DNA of 64,000 nt. It comes from Macrostomum lignano. Taxonomy: Eukaryota. The translations under genes and the position numbers were made by a program. The notes under the pieces are model-generated. The model was given only the letters and a program-made list of their open reading frames with translations. It made no database searches and had not been told where the DNA came from. Numbering within the stretch: position 1 is the stretch's first letter; every line of letters begins with the position of its first letter. Of the stretch, positions 23,621 through 61,546 are shown piece after piece. The DNA lies in assembly GCA_002269645.1 (NCBI GenBank), contig NIVC01000450.1, positions 82,640-146,639 of the forward strand, written 5' to 3'.

Positions 23621-25837
23621 TGATTTGAAGCATACGAGTAAAATAAAGTAAAATATCGAAATCTATTTTTCTGCTATTCATATACCCGTATTCATTTTAC
23701 AGCAAATAAATCCCAAAAGTGCCGTTGTTGATTGTAGATAACACAGTTGTAATAGGCTATACATTCTTTACGGTATGAAATTTATTGATTTATCAGCTGT
23801 AAAACAACAGAAATGCTTTTAAGAACATACATATGTTAAAACTATTTTTTACTTCGTGTAACAGTGCAAATAAAAGCTTTTTAAATATACATGTTTCTTA
23901 TAAGTATTATAATTAGTGCATTGGCTTAATTCCCCTTAATTGAAAACAAGAAATACCGCTTTCGACCGAAAGTTGCATGCAACAACGCGCGCGGCTGTCG
24001 GCTGACCTGCCCTGTTAGCTTATAGCTAGTGTAACAATTCAAAGACTTCAATTTAATTCAAAAAATTTAATTCGCTTGTAACTTTGTTCTTTGTAAACGT
24101 GAATAAAGATTGGAAATTGTATTTTTTTATTATTGTGATCAAAAACTTAAAGAGCTAAATTTCAGATTTAAATAGGGCTATATATGCCATCTGGCTTTAA
24201 GTCTCGACTGTGTGCCTGCACGTATCGATAGTACAAATAGAAGAGAATTCTTCCGTCGCTCACACTTTCGACTTTCACATGTAATATCCCCAACTCACTC
24301 AGATAATAATCCCGACTTCAGACCTAACCCCTACTCAATTGATTTAAATCAAAGATAAGCTCAGATCAAATCTAATCAAATTAGGTCTACTTTTAGATTT
24401 ATTCAATTGATATTAATATCTCTCTTCTAGAAAGGTAAAAGATAAAAAATGACAATTTTTGGCCCCAGCTAAAAAGGAGCCATGCCATGGCCTAGGCTTG
24501 ATCTACTAGACACCATTGTTGCTGCTGCATTGCCATGTCATACCACTCTGACTTTGGCTTACTTTAACTTTAGTAGGTCATAGCTGTGGTATATTACTAA
24601 TATTATTAGTCAAAAGAACAAAACATTATCACAATCACAAGAAAAGACTAGACTAAGTACTAGGCCCATCTCCTATCCATAGTCAATTCATTAGTACTAT
24701 GTTAATAAGTAAGGTATTTTACAACTTTTATTTGTTGTATTTTTGTTATATATATTCCTATTATTATTAGACCTAGTATGCATAAGGATTTTACAACTTT
24801 TATAGCATTCCTAATTTAGTGTAAATAAATTGAAAATGTTGCTTGAAAACAAATTGAAAACAAATTGAAAATGTATTCATGCACAACCTCCAAAATTCAG
24901 TCAGCCATGTGATTTAGTTCATATACTAAAAATGAAAATGTTGATTGTTTTAACAAAAAATATGACATAGTTTTTGGCCAAAAATGCAACTTACCTATAA
25001 AAGATAAACATTGGCAAGAGTAACTATTACTGTCCTATTAAGGCCAAATGCCTCACAGCCTTATCATCTAATTAGTACTACATATATATTCCTTCTAGTA
25101 TGCATTTTTGCAACTCACCTTGGTTGGCCACCAAATTGGTCAGCCAGATTGGCCAACTCAGCCAACTGTTTATGCATGTATGTTGGTAGTATAGAAATTA
25201 TCTAATGCAAGGTTAGCATAAGAAAGGAGGATATCTAGCATAGTCTAGAGGCTAAAGCTTGACTACAATAAAAGCTTTTTTCAGCTACAATGCAAAGCAA
25301 CACAATTGCCAAACATCTACTTGTACTGACAACAATAATTCCAATTAGTGATCTTTGATAGCAAAAATTTCCTAAACTTTTGTAAACTTTGTGAGACTTA
25401 CAAATCTGCAATAGTTTACTTCTTTGCAATATGCTAATATCTTATAATTTTATGAAAAATAGTATAATGCAGAAAAAGCATTTATGCCCCTAATTCTACT
25501 ATATATATATTTAAAGTTTTTTCCCTCTATTAAGTGCACAAATCTCTTAAAATATAAATCCTAATCAATTGCAACTCAAGTCATTTTAAAGAAGAAACTT
25601 GCCACTTTCAAACAACACCAAACTTGTGTCAATGCAACTTACCAAATGTCTGCTACAAGTAAAAGTAACACTATTTTCTGGATACCCTTTGTATATAGTT
25701 TAATTTAATTGATACCTATGTAAGTTTGATAGATAAAAAAGCTTTTTTTAATTTTATATAATTTTTTTTTATTTCATGCAACTAATACAATAATAGCAGG
25801 TTTGACAGAAAGACAAACATACCAAGTTAACAAAAGT

Positions 25838-51965
<26,128 letters not shown>

Positions 51966-52071
51966 CTTCTGGACTGCTTTGGTGAGAACTGCTTTTTGCT
52001 GCAGACTGTTTGCCTGTAGTGGCAAGAACTTAAAGCTGAATTTTCACTGTCTGTCGTGTTTGTTCGGTTCT

Positions 52072-52265
52072 CTAGCTCCTGACCAATCATAATTCGCTTA
52101 TGTACCCACCACCCCAAAATGTACACTGGCTCCTGACCAATCAGAACTCGAACATGCACCCACCGCTCTACTATGTACACTTGGCTCCTGACCAATCAGA
52201 ATTCGCCCATGCACCCACCACCCCATAATGTACACTGGCTCTTGACCAATCAGAATTCGCCCATC
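52072..52265 (+). repeat. Four ~54-bp tandem units, each containing TGACCAATCA
   Basis: CCAAT at 52083, 52137, 52192, 52246. Confidence 0.85.
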
Positions 52266-53939
52266 CTGTCACACACCCATCCGATCCTACTAAATATGGG
52301 GTAGTTCAAGTGTTTACAACTGTTATATTGTCAAGTGTTTCAGCAATGTTTGCTAGCATTACTATGAGTAGTTAGCAGTATTTTCTGTTTAAAATAGCTT
52401 TACCGAAGGCGTAGAGACCCAGCTTAAAAAAGTTTCTCGCATGATTTTAGTTGCTGGTTGCTAACATAAAATATTTTTGCTGTGCTTAAACTGTCCCTAA
52501 ACCGAACCCTTATTTTTGCATTGCTTTCAATTACGCAACTCAATCCAATGTGATTAAATCAGATCGAAGCATGTGATTTATTGTGCGCCATCTGTCACAC
52601 ACAGAACATGTGATCGTTAAATCAGTTATATTAAAACTTGCCCCTTCAATTGCTTGGCCCTATACTTATCCCCAATATTCTAATCGCATTTTTATGTACA
52701 TAAAAGTGCATGTGCTTGTTCAGCTACTGCAAGTAGTGTGCAGATTAAATGTCGACTGTAAAAGATCGTTGGCTTTTTATAAATGTTTTACACAAAAAAT
52801 TTTGCAATTTGCTTCAATTCTCTTTAGAGATCTGCAAGGAAAATTGAAATTTTATTTTTTCCATCAACTATTGCCTGAACTTGTCCCATCCTAGTATTCA
52901 CAGTACTTTTTGTTTACCTAATAATATGATTTTACTTGTAATTACAATTGCCATGTTTGGTCAGATAGATATTTCTTTTCACGCTTCTAACAAAAAAGTG
53001 CATCTGACAACGTAAAGTACATCAGACGTCATAAAAGTGCACGCAAGTCGTTAAAGTACATCATTAAATATCATTTGTATTATACTTATTGCACTTTTGC
53101 ATTGTCAAACATAAAATTCTAGTATTACTACTACTAAATCTGTTGAAAACAGTAGTGCAGTTCTAACATCAGTGTATTAATTATCATTATCAATATTATC
53201 AGTTTCTATAAAAAATGCATTGTCTTTTTTTTGCATCACATAGTCGTTATTTTTGTCAGTTCTTTTTCAAGCTCTACTACTTTTGTATTTTGAGTAGTCA
53301 CAGATGGTCATTGCTGTTCAGATTTGTCTGTCGGAACACCTCGCAACCTCATTGCGTCTACCAGAGTTTTGTCCGCCTGCCTGCATGCAGTAATTCTGAG
53401 TCCTGCAGTAACTTTAATGCCATACTGAATGCCGTCTACGATATTATTGCAACCGAAAATATTAATGAAGTTTTTATTCTCCCAAATATTTGCTTTTTAT
53501 TCGACTAAAAATGAAAAAATAATTGTAACTAATACTTTAATATATGGTTTTTACCTTCTGCCCTGTCTTTTATCACCCTGTCTGACCTTATTTGACCCCA
53601 ATGAACCGAGGCGAACAATTTTAAAGTGCAAGAGTGCTAATATCGTCATATTAATTATGCATAGATTATCCAGCTTAACCAGATTCATCTCCAATTCGAT
53701 GTCATTTTGTACTTTAGCGATTGCCGTGTACCGCTCTCAAGGCTCACCAAAATAAATAAAATATAACATCGATTTGAGCTCGTGTGCTCATCTATAAACC
53801 TGATTTGAGTAGCTTTTCGGTTGCTTTATTTAATTTGATTAGTCAACTTAGCAAATCTGACTCGATACAAGATTGTAATGAATCCGAAAGGATTTTCATT
53901 TACTTCTGTGTGCTCTTTGCGGGGCTCTTAAGCTGCCGT

Positions 53940-54355
53940 TATGATAATCTCACCCCAGTGTGTGTTGATGACTGGATAATCTCCCCCCAGTGTGTGTTGA
54001 TGACTGTATAATCTCACCCCAGTGTGTGTTGATGACTGGATAATCTCACCCATGTGTTTGTTGATGACTGGATAATCTCACCCCAGTGTGTGTTGATGAT
54101 TGGATAATCTCACCCCAGTGTGTATTGATGACTGGATAATCTCACCACTGTGTGTGTTGAGAACTGGATAATCTCACCCCAGTGTGTGTTGAGAACTGGA
54201 TAATCTCACCACAGTGTGTATTGATGACTGGATAATCTCACCCCAGTGTGTATTGATGTCTGGATAATTTTACCCCAGTGTGTATTGATGAGTCGATAAT
54301 CTCACCCCCAGTGTGTGTTTATGACTGAATAATCTCGCTCAGTGTGTGTTGATGA
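53940..54355 (+). repeat. 32-bp minisatellite (GATAATCTCACCCCAGTGTGTGTTGATGACTG) upstream of UNG
   Basis: Tandem copies. Confidence 0.92.
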
Positions 54356-54613
54356 GTCAATAATCTTACGTAGAAAGTCAACTCACGTCTAACACATATT
54401 TTTAGTAAATGGTGAAAGAGCTTAAAAGTTCGTTTGCACATGTAGAGACTAAAAATAACTCACTTGAGAAGTCAGCAGCCAGCTCGTTTGCCAGATAGGA
54501 GCACAAGATTACGTAAAGATCGTTAGTTCTTCGCATTTCTGCCTTTTTTAATTTACTAACTGCATTTATTTATGCAGATTAGATAACGCTAGCTCACAGC
54601 AAAAGCAGCAGAC

Positions 54614-56083
54614 ATGCCACCAAAGACAACTCGAAGAAACACAAATAAAAGAAAGGCTTTAGCAGAATCAGCCAAAACTGCCCCAGACGCCAAGGTGGCA
54701 AAAGCACAGAAATCTGCAAAAGCAGATAAGTCTGCAAACGCAGAGAAATCTAAAAAAGCAGAGAAATCTGCAAAAACAAAAAATTTCGGCACAGCTGCTT
54801 CCGCGATGAATCCTTTCGCCGACTTGCCCGGCACCCTGACAGATCCGGGCTGGCGGCGGCTGCTGCAGCCGCTGTTCCAGACAGACAGCTGGCGGGCTTT
54901 GATTGACAAGCTGGCAGCTCGTCAGGCTGGTGGGGAGGTCATTTATCCGCCGGTCAGCTGCGTGCTGCGGGCCTTCAATCTGACACCTCTGGACTCCGTT
55001 CGGGTGGTCATCCTTGGCCAGGACCCTTATCACGGGCCTGGGCAGGTAGGGGCGCTGCGGTGACTGGCTTATCATTTTCATGTTCCTTGGGACTTGGGTC
55101 CTTTGATGTTTACCGCTGCCCAAATTGCAAGTATTTGATGTTTGCCGCTTCCTAAATTCTTTGATGTTTGCCGCTTCCCAAATTCTTTGATGTCTGCCGC
55201 CCACCCAAATTCTTTGATGTCTGCCGCCCATCCAAATTATTTGATGTTTGCCGTCCATCCAAATTCTTTGATGTTTGCCGCCAACCAAATTCTTTGATGT
55301 TTGTCGTTTCCCAAACTTTTTGATGTTTGCCGCCATCCGAATTCTTTGATGTTTGCCGTCACCCAAAATCTATGTTTGCCGCCACCCAAAATCTCTGATG
55401 TTTGCCACCACCGATATTCTTTGATGTTTGCCGCCAGCCGCCTCCCAAATCCTTTGATCCCTCTTTCCTTCACCTTAATTGCCACAGCTTGGCTGTTCTG
55501 CATCACCCCTACAATGCTCCAACCCTCTTGTCTTCCCCAGGCAGACGGACTCGCCTTCTCTTTCTCGGGCAACGAGGCGCTGCCGCCAACGCTGAAGAAC
55601 CTCTTCAAGGAGCTCGCCGCCGACATTCCAGGCTTCGTGGCGCCGAAGTCGGGCTGCTTGGAGAAATGGGCGCGGCAGGGCGTACTGCTGCTGAACACGG
55701 CGCTGACTGTGGGGTGAGCGCTGCTGCTGCTGGTGCCATTGCAGTTTTCAGTTGCTGTGGCCGCATCTGAGCTGAGCCCCCCCCCCCCGGTGCACTGCAG
55801 CGCCGGCAAGCCCGGCTCCCACGCCAAGCTGGGCTGGGCCGCCTTCACCGACGAGGTGCTGAGGCTGCTGTGCGCCAACGCCAGGCAGCCCCTGGTGTTC
55901 CTGCTGTGGGGCAAACCGGCCCAGGCCAAGGCCCCCCTGCTGAGCTGCGGGCCCAGTCACGTGATCCTCACCGCCGCGCACCCGTCGCCTGCCGCCTGCG
56001 GCGCCTTCAACGGCTGTCGGCATTTTTCAAAGGCCAACGCCGCCCTGACTGCGGGACCTGCAGTTGACTGGCGGCTGGATTGA
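54614..56083 (+). CDS. UNG: Uracil-DNA glycosylase, family 1; exons 54614-55045, 55541-55713, 55801-56083
   Basis: Motifs [84 protein letters not shown]; canonical phase-0 and phase-2 introns. Confidence 0.95.
55105..55440 (+). repeat. 26-bp minisatellite (TTTGATGTTTGCCGCCACCCAAATTC) in UNG intron 1
   Basis: Tandem copies. Confidence 0.9.
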
Positions 56084-56089
56084 AGGGGT

Positions 56090-56450
56090 GGAACTGCAGG
56101 GTCTGGGACTGAGGGTGTGGGACTGCAGAGTGTGGGACTGAGGGTGTAGGACTGGGGGTGTGGGACTGCAGAGTGTGGGACTGAGGGTGTAGGACTGGGG
56201 GTGTGGGACTGCAGAGTGTGGGACTGAGGGTGTGGGACTGCAGAGTGTGGGACTGAGGGTGTGGGACTGGGGGTGTGGGTGTGGACTGCAGGAGGTGGGA
56301 CTGAGGGGGTGGGACTGCAGGGTGTGGGACAGAATGTGGGACTGCAGGGTGTTGGACTGCAGGGTGTGGGACTGCAGGGTGTGGGACTGCAGGGTATGGG
56401 ACTGCAGGGTGTGGGACTGCAGGGTGTGGGACTGAGGGTATGGGACTAAG
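56090..56450 (+). repeat. G-rich ~15-16-bp minisatellite (GTGTGGGACTGCAGG/GAGG) immediately after the UNG stop codon
   Basis: Tandem copies. Confidence 0.9.
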
Positions 56451-56889
56451 AATGTTGGACTGTTGTTGTGAGGACGGAGAGCCTCAATTACTCAATTTAA
56501 ACATGTAGCGTCATTTTCTATGCTTTGTGCCTTTTCTCTGTGAATCTTATTTAATTTACGAGTATAATTTACACATTAAAGTTTTCTATCTGCCTTTTTA
56601 TCTATTAGACAAGCTGTTGAAACCCGCGGAATTTGAACCCGGGGAATTCCAACCCCCGGAACTATTTTTGCATGTATTCTGAAATCTGAGCCCATACTTA
56701 AACAAAAACTTTTTAACAGTTAGGAATTTAGGATAGAGTTAAACATAAAATAGAGTACATTCGTGTACAATTAGTATTTGAAGCAAACATTAATATTGTT
56801 GGTTGGGGTGCTGCACAGAATGTCAGGCAAACTCATGGCCTCTGCCTCTCCTTGTGTCCCTTTGAAGTTGGATCCTTAGAAACTTCTAT

Positions 56890-58265
56890 CTCTACCTTCT
56901 CTTCTGTTTTCTCTCTTCTCTGGTCTATGGTCTCTTCTCTCTCTCTTCTATCCCCTCTTCTCTCGTCTATTCCCTCTTATTATTTTCTCTCCTCTCCTCT
57001 CCTCTCTCGTCTCTGCTCTCTTATCTCTCCCTTTCTCCTGTTTTATCTCTTCCCATTTCTCTCTGCTCTATATTCTATCTTCTCTCTGCTCTCTACTCTC
57101 TCTTCTCTCTGCTCTCTACTCTATCTTCCCTCTGCTCGATCTGCACTATCTTCTCTCTGCTCTCTACTATCTTCTCTCTGCTCTCTACTATCTTCTCTCT
57201 GCTCTCTACTATCTTCTCTCTGCTCTCTACTCTCTATTCTCTCTTCCCTCTCCCCTCTTCTCACTCCTTACTCTACCCTCTCCGAACACTTCTCCTCTCT
57301 CCTTTCTCCTCTCCTCCCTCCTCTGTACTCTGTACTCTCTCGTCTCTCTGTCCTCTCTTCTATCGTCTCTTCCTTCACCTCTCCTCTCTCGTCTTTGCTC
57401 TCTTATCTATCTCACCTTTCTCTTCTTTTATATTTTCTCTCTTATCTCTTCTCATTTCTCTCTGCATGCTCTCTACCTCTATCTCTCCCTCTCTCTCCTC
57501 ACCCCTCTCTCATCCTTTCCCCTCTTTCCCCTGTCCTCTCGATTCTCTCCCCTCCCCTCCTCTTTCCTCACTCACTTCTCTCTCTCTCTCCCTTTGTCTC
57601 ACCTTTCATCTCTCATCTCTTATTTCTTATCTATCCTCTTTTCTCTCTACTCTCCCATCTCTCCTGTGTTCACTCTCGTCTTTGCTCTCTTAGTCTTATC
57701 TTCCCTCTCTCATCTGTCATCTTTACTCTCGTATACTCGTATGTTCTCACCTCTCTCCTCTGTACTCTTCTCTTTCCCCTCATCTGACTCCTCTCTCCTC
57801 TCTCCTCTCAGATATCGTGTTCACTCTCATCCCCTCTCTTTTCTGCCATCTGTACTCTCCAATCTTCAGTGTACTCTTCTCTTTACCCTCCTCAGATTAC
57901 TCTCTTTCCTTACTCCTCTTCTCTTCTCTCTTCTATACTCTCTCCCCTCTATTCTCTTCTCTCGCCTTTCTGCACTCTGCTCTCTCCTCCTTCATCTCTC
58001 ATCTCTACTCTCTTCTCACTCTTCTCTGCTCTCCTCTGTCATCGATCCTGTCTCATCTCTCCCATCTTCTCTCTCCCTCTTCTCACTTCTACTCTTTCCT
58101 CTCTCTTCTCTCTCCCCTCCTCTCGCTTCTTACTCCAATATTATCTGCTCACTCCTTATCCTTACCCCATCATCTCTCTTCTTGTCTTCTATCTTTTCTC
58201 TTATCCTCCTCTCGCTTCTCCTCTCTTCTTATAGTCTATTCCTTCTCCTTTTCACTCTCATCTCA
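56890..58265 (+). repeat. CT-rich low-complexity tract
   Basis: Pyrimidine-dominated strand; yields spurious Leu/Ser ORFs. Confidence 0.9.
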
Positions 58266-58584
58266 TCAGCCATGAGCTTGATTCTTTATCTGGCATTTGA
58301 GGTTAAAGTCTGTCAATCCCCGCTTCGAAAGCGTTTGTGGGACGTAGTACTCTCATAGTTGTTATGCTTTAATCACATCATATTTCTGGCCAATTAGCAG
58401 CCCTGAGAGGAATTTGTGTATCTCCCTCCAGCCCAGCTCCACCACCACAGTCTGCAGCAGTCTAGCAACCAAGGAAATACGTATTTCTTAGGAGCCATTT
58501 AAATTTTAAAGTACCTTATGCGAATCTTGATGTTAAAATTTTCATGGTGTAACTAATTTAGTAGGATTGCATTGTAATCACTAC

Positions 58585-60418
58585 TAATCAGTTATTCATT
58601 AATTTTTCGCTATTTTTATAAACCATCCCACATCGCCTTGATTTGCCATCCACTGTTAAACGGCTGCAGACTTGTCTATACAGAGGACAGTGGTTTGAAT
58701 CTCTCGCTGAAACTGTCTCTCCTCTCCACGCCTCTCCGCGCGCGGGTGCCGAGAAGGCTATTAAAAAGTTATTCCAAAACACTGTACATTCGCTAAGTAC
58801 ATTGAGCCCTATCGCCTGACCCTTCGTCTGGGCTGGGGGAATGAGTGAGTGAGAGGCACAAACAACAGAAAAGCAGACAAAATTCACATGCTTACAGTTT
58901 CTGTCCTGATTGAGATACAGAGTTGAGACTTTACATGTAGACAGAGAATGAGTCAATAAAGAATTGTGTCAAATTTGAAGTCAATCGCTTCACGTGGAGC
59001 AAAACTATGGCAGCCGAAAGTTAGGCATTTTAAAACCTACTCACACCCTTTGCCCAGATCTAGGGATTCCAATCCCGGGATCCCGGGATCCCGGGATCCC
59101 GGGATTGGGGCCAAAAATCCGGGATTTGAATCCCGGGATTTTTTGGGAATCGAATCCCGGGATTTTTAATCCCGGGATTGCAAAAGACCGGGATCGGGAT
59201 CCCGGGATTTCAAGGCCTTAATCCCGGGATTGGTCCGGGATTAGAACGACCTTTCAATGCCTAAATTAGATAATTTAAAGTCTAAACGTTTATTTGAATA
59301 ATAAAACATTTATTTGTTTTTGCTGTTTCTCAATGAAACGTTAAACATTTGCAAAGCTCCTGTCCTAATTGAGCTAAAAATTGTTAATGTGAACTGTAAA
59401 TTATAGATAATTTTAACTTTTTTTTCGTTTTCTACCACGAGACGAGACTGAGGGCCTTTTCATATTGCTTGCTCTGGTTCCAGAACAAGAACCAATTTGT
59501 GAAGTATAAACTTTTTGTCTCCATAACTAGAGGGAGATACGTGCTATAAAGTTTTTATTATTGAATGACAGTCGCCAAGAAGAAAGTGAAAAATTGTGCT
59601 AAGTGAGGCTGTTAAGGCAGTCAAATATTAACAGAGTTTAATAGTTATACTGCTGTTTTTCTTCGAATTCCGAACCGATTCTGGTTCTGGAATTGGTAAT
59701 ATGAAAAGGCCCTGAGACTCTGAGAGTCGCGAGACCATGACTACTGCACGCGGCACGCCGCACAGTCCGTCTAGCAATTTAGGGATTCCAATCCCGGGAT
59801 CCCGGGATCCCGGGATTGGGGCCAAAAATCCGGGATTTGAATCCCGGGATTTTTTTGGGAATCGAATCCCGGGATTTTTAATCCGGATTGCAAAAGCACC
59901 GGGATTCCGGGATTTTGAATCCCGGGATTTCAACAGCATCGGGATTTCGGGACTATTCAATCCCGGGATTGTAAAATGTCGGGATTTTGGAATCCCTACC
60001 CAGATCGGGAAAGAGAGGCAGGCGGGCGGAGGTTGGGGTGGCTGCCTCGCTGAAAAAAACAGCCAAACTTTAAAAGTGCACAGCGCCGTTCAGGATTAAC
60101 TTTCAGACTCGAAATTTTACATGATTGTGCCAAAATAGTTTAAGATTATCTGTGTCAAATTTGAAGAGAATCGGTAGAAGTGGAGCGGCGCTATGGAGGA
60201 TTTAGTGAAAAAAATGCGCATTTTGAGCAGTTTTTTGCACTTTTAGGTAGGAAGACTCAAATTTAGGAAATTAAAAGGTAGCCTAAGACATTCTCCGTAG
60301 TAAGTTTAGGGTGGGTGTAAAGTTTGGTGTCATTTGGTTGAGCGGTTTGGGAGTCCATAGCGATCAAAATTGTCCACACACAGACACACACAGAGTTTTG
60401 ATTTTTATAGTTAGAGAT
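58585..60418 (+). mobile_element. Probable non-autonomous Helitron/Helentron-like (Lep1/DINE-1-style) element hosting the hAT MITE
   Basis: Repeated TGTGTCAAATTTGAAG..AATCG motifs (~58965, ~60150) and 3' end CGGTTTGGGAGTCCATAGCG..CACACACAGACACACACAG..TTTTTATAGTTAGAGAT resemble such elements; the 5' boundary is uncertain. Confidence 0.45.
59061..59998. mobile_element. Non-autonomous hAT-type DNA transposon (MITE), 938 bp, 12-bp TIR TAGGGATTCCAA, 8-bp TSD CCCAGATC
   Basis: TSD at 59053-59060 and 59999-60006; TIRs at both ends; subterminal palindromic ATCCCGGGAT repeats; no transposase ORF. Confidence 0.88.
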
Positions 60419-61316
60419 AGGTTTTAAAATCTTTTCATTCTCCTAAATAAACACCTTACATTGTCAGTAGACTGCCACAATTTCACAAAGCCAGAATTCC
60501 TAATTCAACAAAATCTGTCTAAATCTGCACTTACTACTGCTGGTGTTTAAGTTTTGGTTAGGTTATTTTGCGGATAAACTCCACAGGAAGCTCACTAAAA
60601 CCCCACGGCTCGGTCCTGGACTCGAACCCTGAACTTAATTTACGCTCGTATTTCCGTAACCTTCTGTCCAATTGCTAGTGGGACAAATAACGAAGACGGA
60701 ATGACTAACACTTAGGAAGGCTATATTTAGCAACAGGCGGGCAGTGAAAGTTTTAAACGGTCTTAAAAAGTCGGAAGAGAGAGACCTGGTTATATTTAAA
60801 GGTAATAAAATGGACCTCTTCGTGCGCCACGGGCACGAGAGGCCTAAATTATCGATCGTGGAACTATTATACGACTAGACGTTCTAAGTACGCACAAAAC
60901 AGGCACAGCTAAAACGGCCCAATTGGGAGCTACCAAACGCAAAAATACATAGAGAAAGTAGAAAAGGGATAATTATTGTCAATTTATATTCATAAATCTG
61001 ACACCTTTCCATCTAAAAGTCGTCTTAACTTGAGCCACCGGGCTGCTGAAACGCTCGCACATCTCCAAGTGTATATTATGAGGCAAATCTGCAAAGCAAG
61101 GCTGGCATTTCAAGGACATTCAAGCCACCCTTGCAGAGCATCAGAGCTGGCACTGAGAGCGAGTGGCAGGTCGCATCATTCTATATTTAGAATTTGGTTT
61201 ATGGCACAGAGCAGGCATCAAATATGGACGGCAATATTGAAATGGCCGCAGTTTTGAGTTCATCAGCAGCGTGCGGAGCTCTTGGATCGGACAGAAAAAT
61301 GAATGGCGACTGGGGC

Positions 61317-61488
61317 TGTTATGACTTCTTCTCTAGCGGAAGACAGTGAGCGAAGAACTCTTAATAATTGCTTTCTAAACCGAGCGTCTTATTTGATGTT
61401 CGTAACCTTCTTTTATTTCCAAGCTTGAAGCATCGCTTCTTTAGCTTATGGCTGGGTGTGTGTGCGACTGAGTCGTCTATGGCCAACA
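61317..61488 (-). mobile_element. 3' LTR of the Gypsy element (~172 bp, TGTT...AACA)
   Basis: Minus strand begins TGTTGG directly after polypurine tract AAGGGGGGAGA (61489-61499), contains AATAAA, ends ATAACA. No second LTR in the window to confirm the far boundary. Confidence 0.7.
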
Positions 61489-61546
61489 TCTCCCCCCTTA
61501 CAATGGCAAAGAATTTTTTTTTAAGTTAATGCGGGAGGAACAAATT

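Noticed and set aside
54614-56083. UNG as a viral or bacterial horizontal transfer
   Set aside because: It has two canonical spliceosomal introns and host-like composition; nothing in the flanks suggests a viral insertion.
60780-60960. Possible BEL/Pao integrase C-terminal relic (RDLVIFKGNK..)
   Set aside because: Similarity too weak and fragmented to support.
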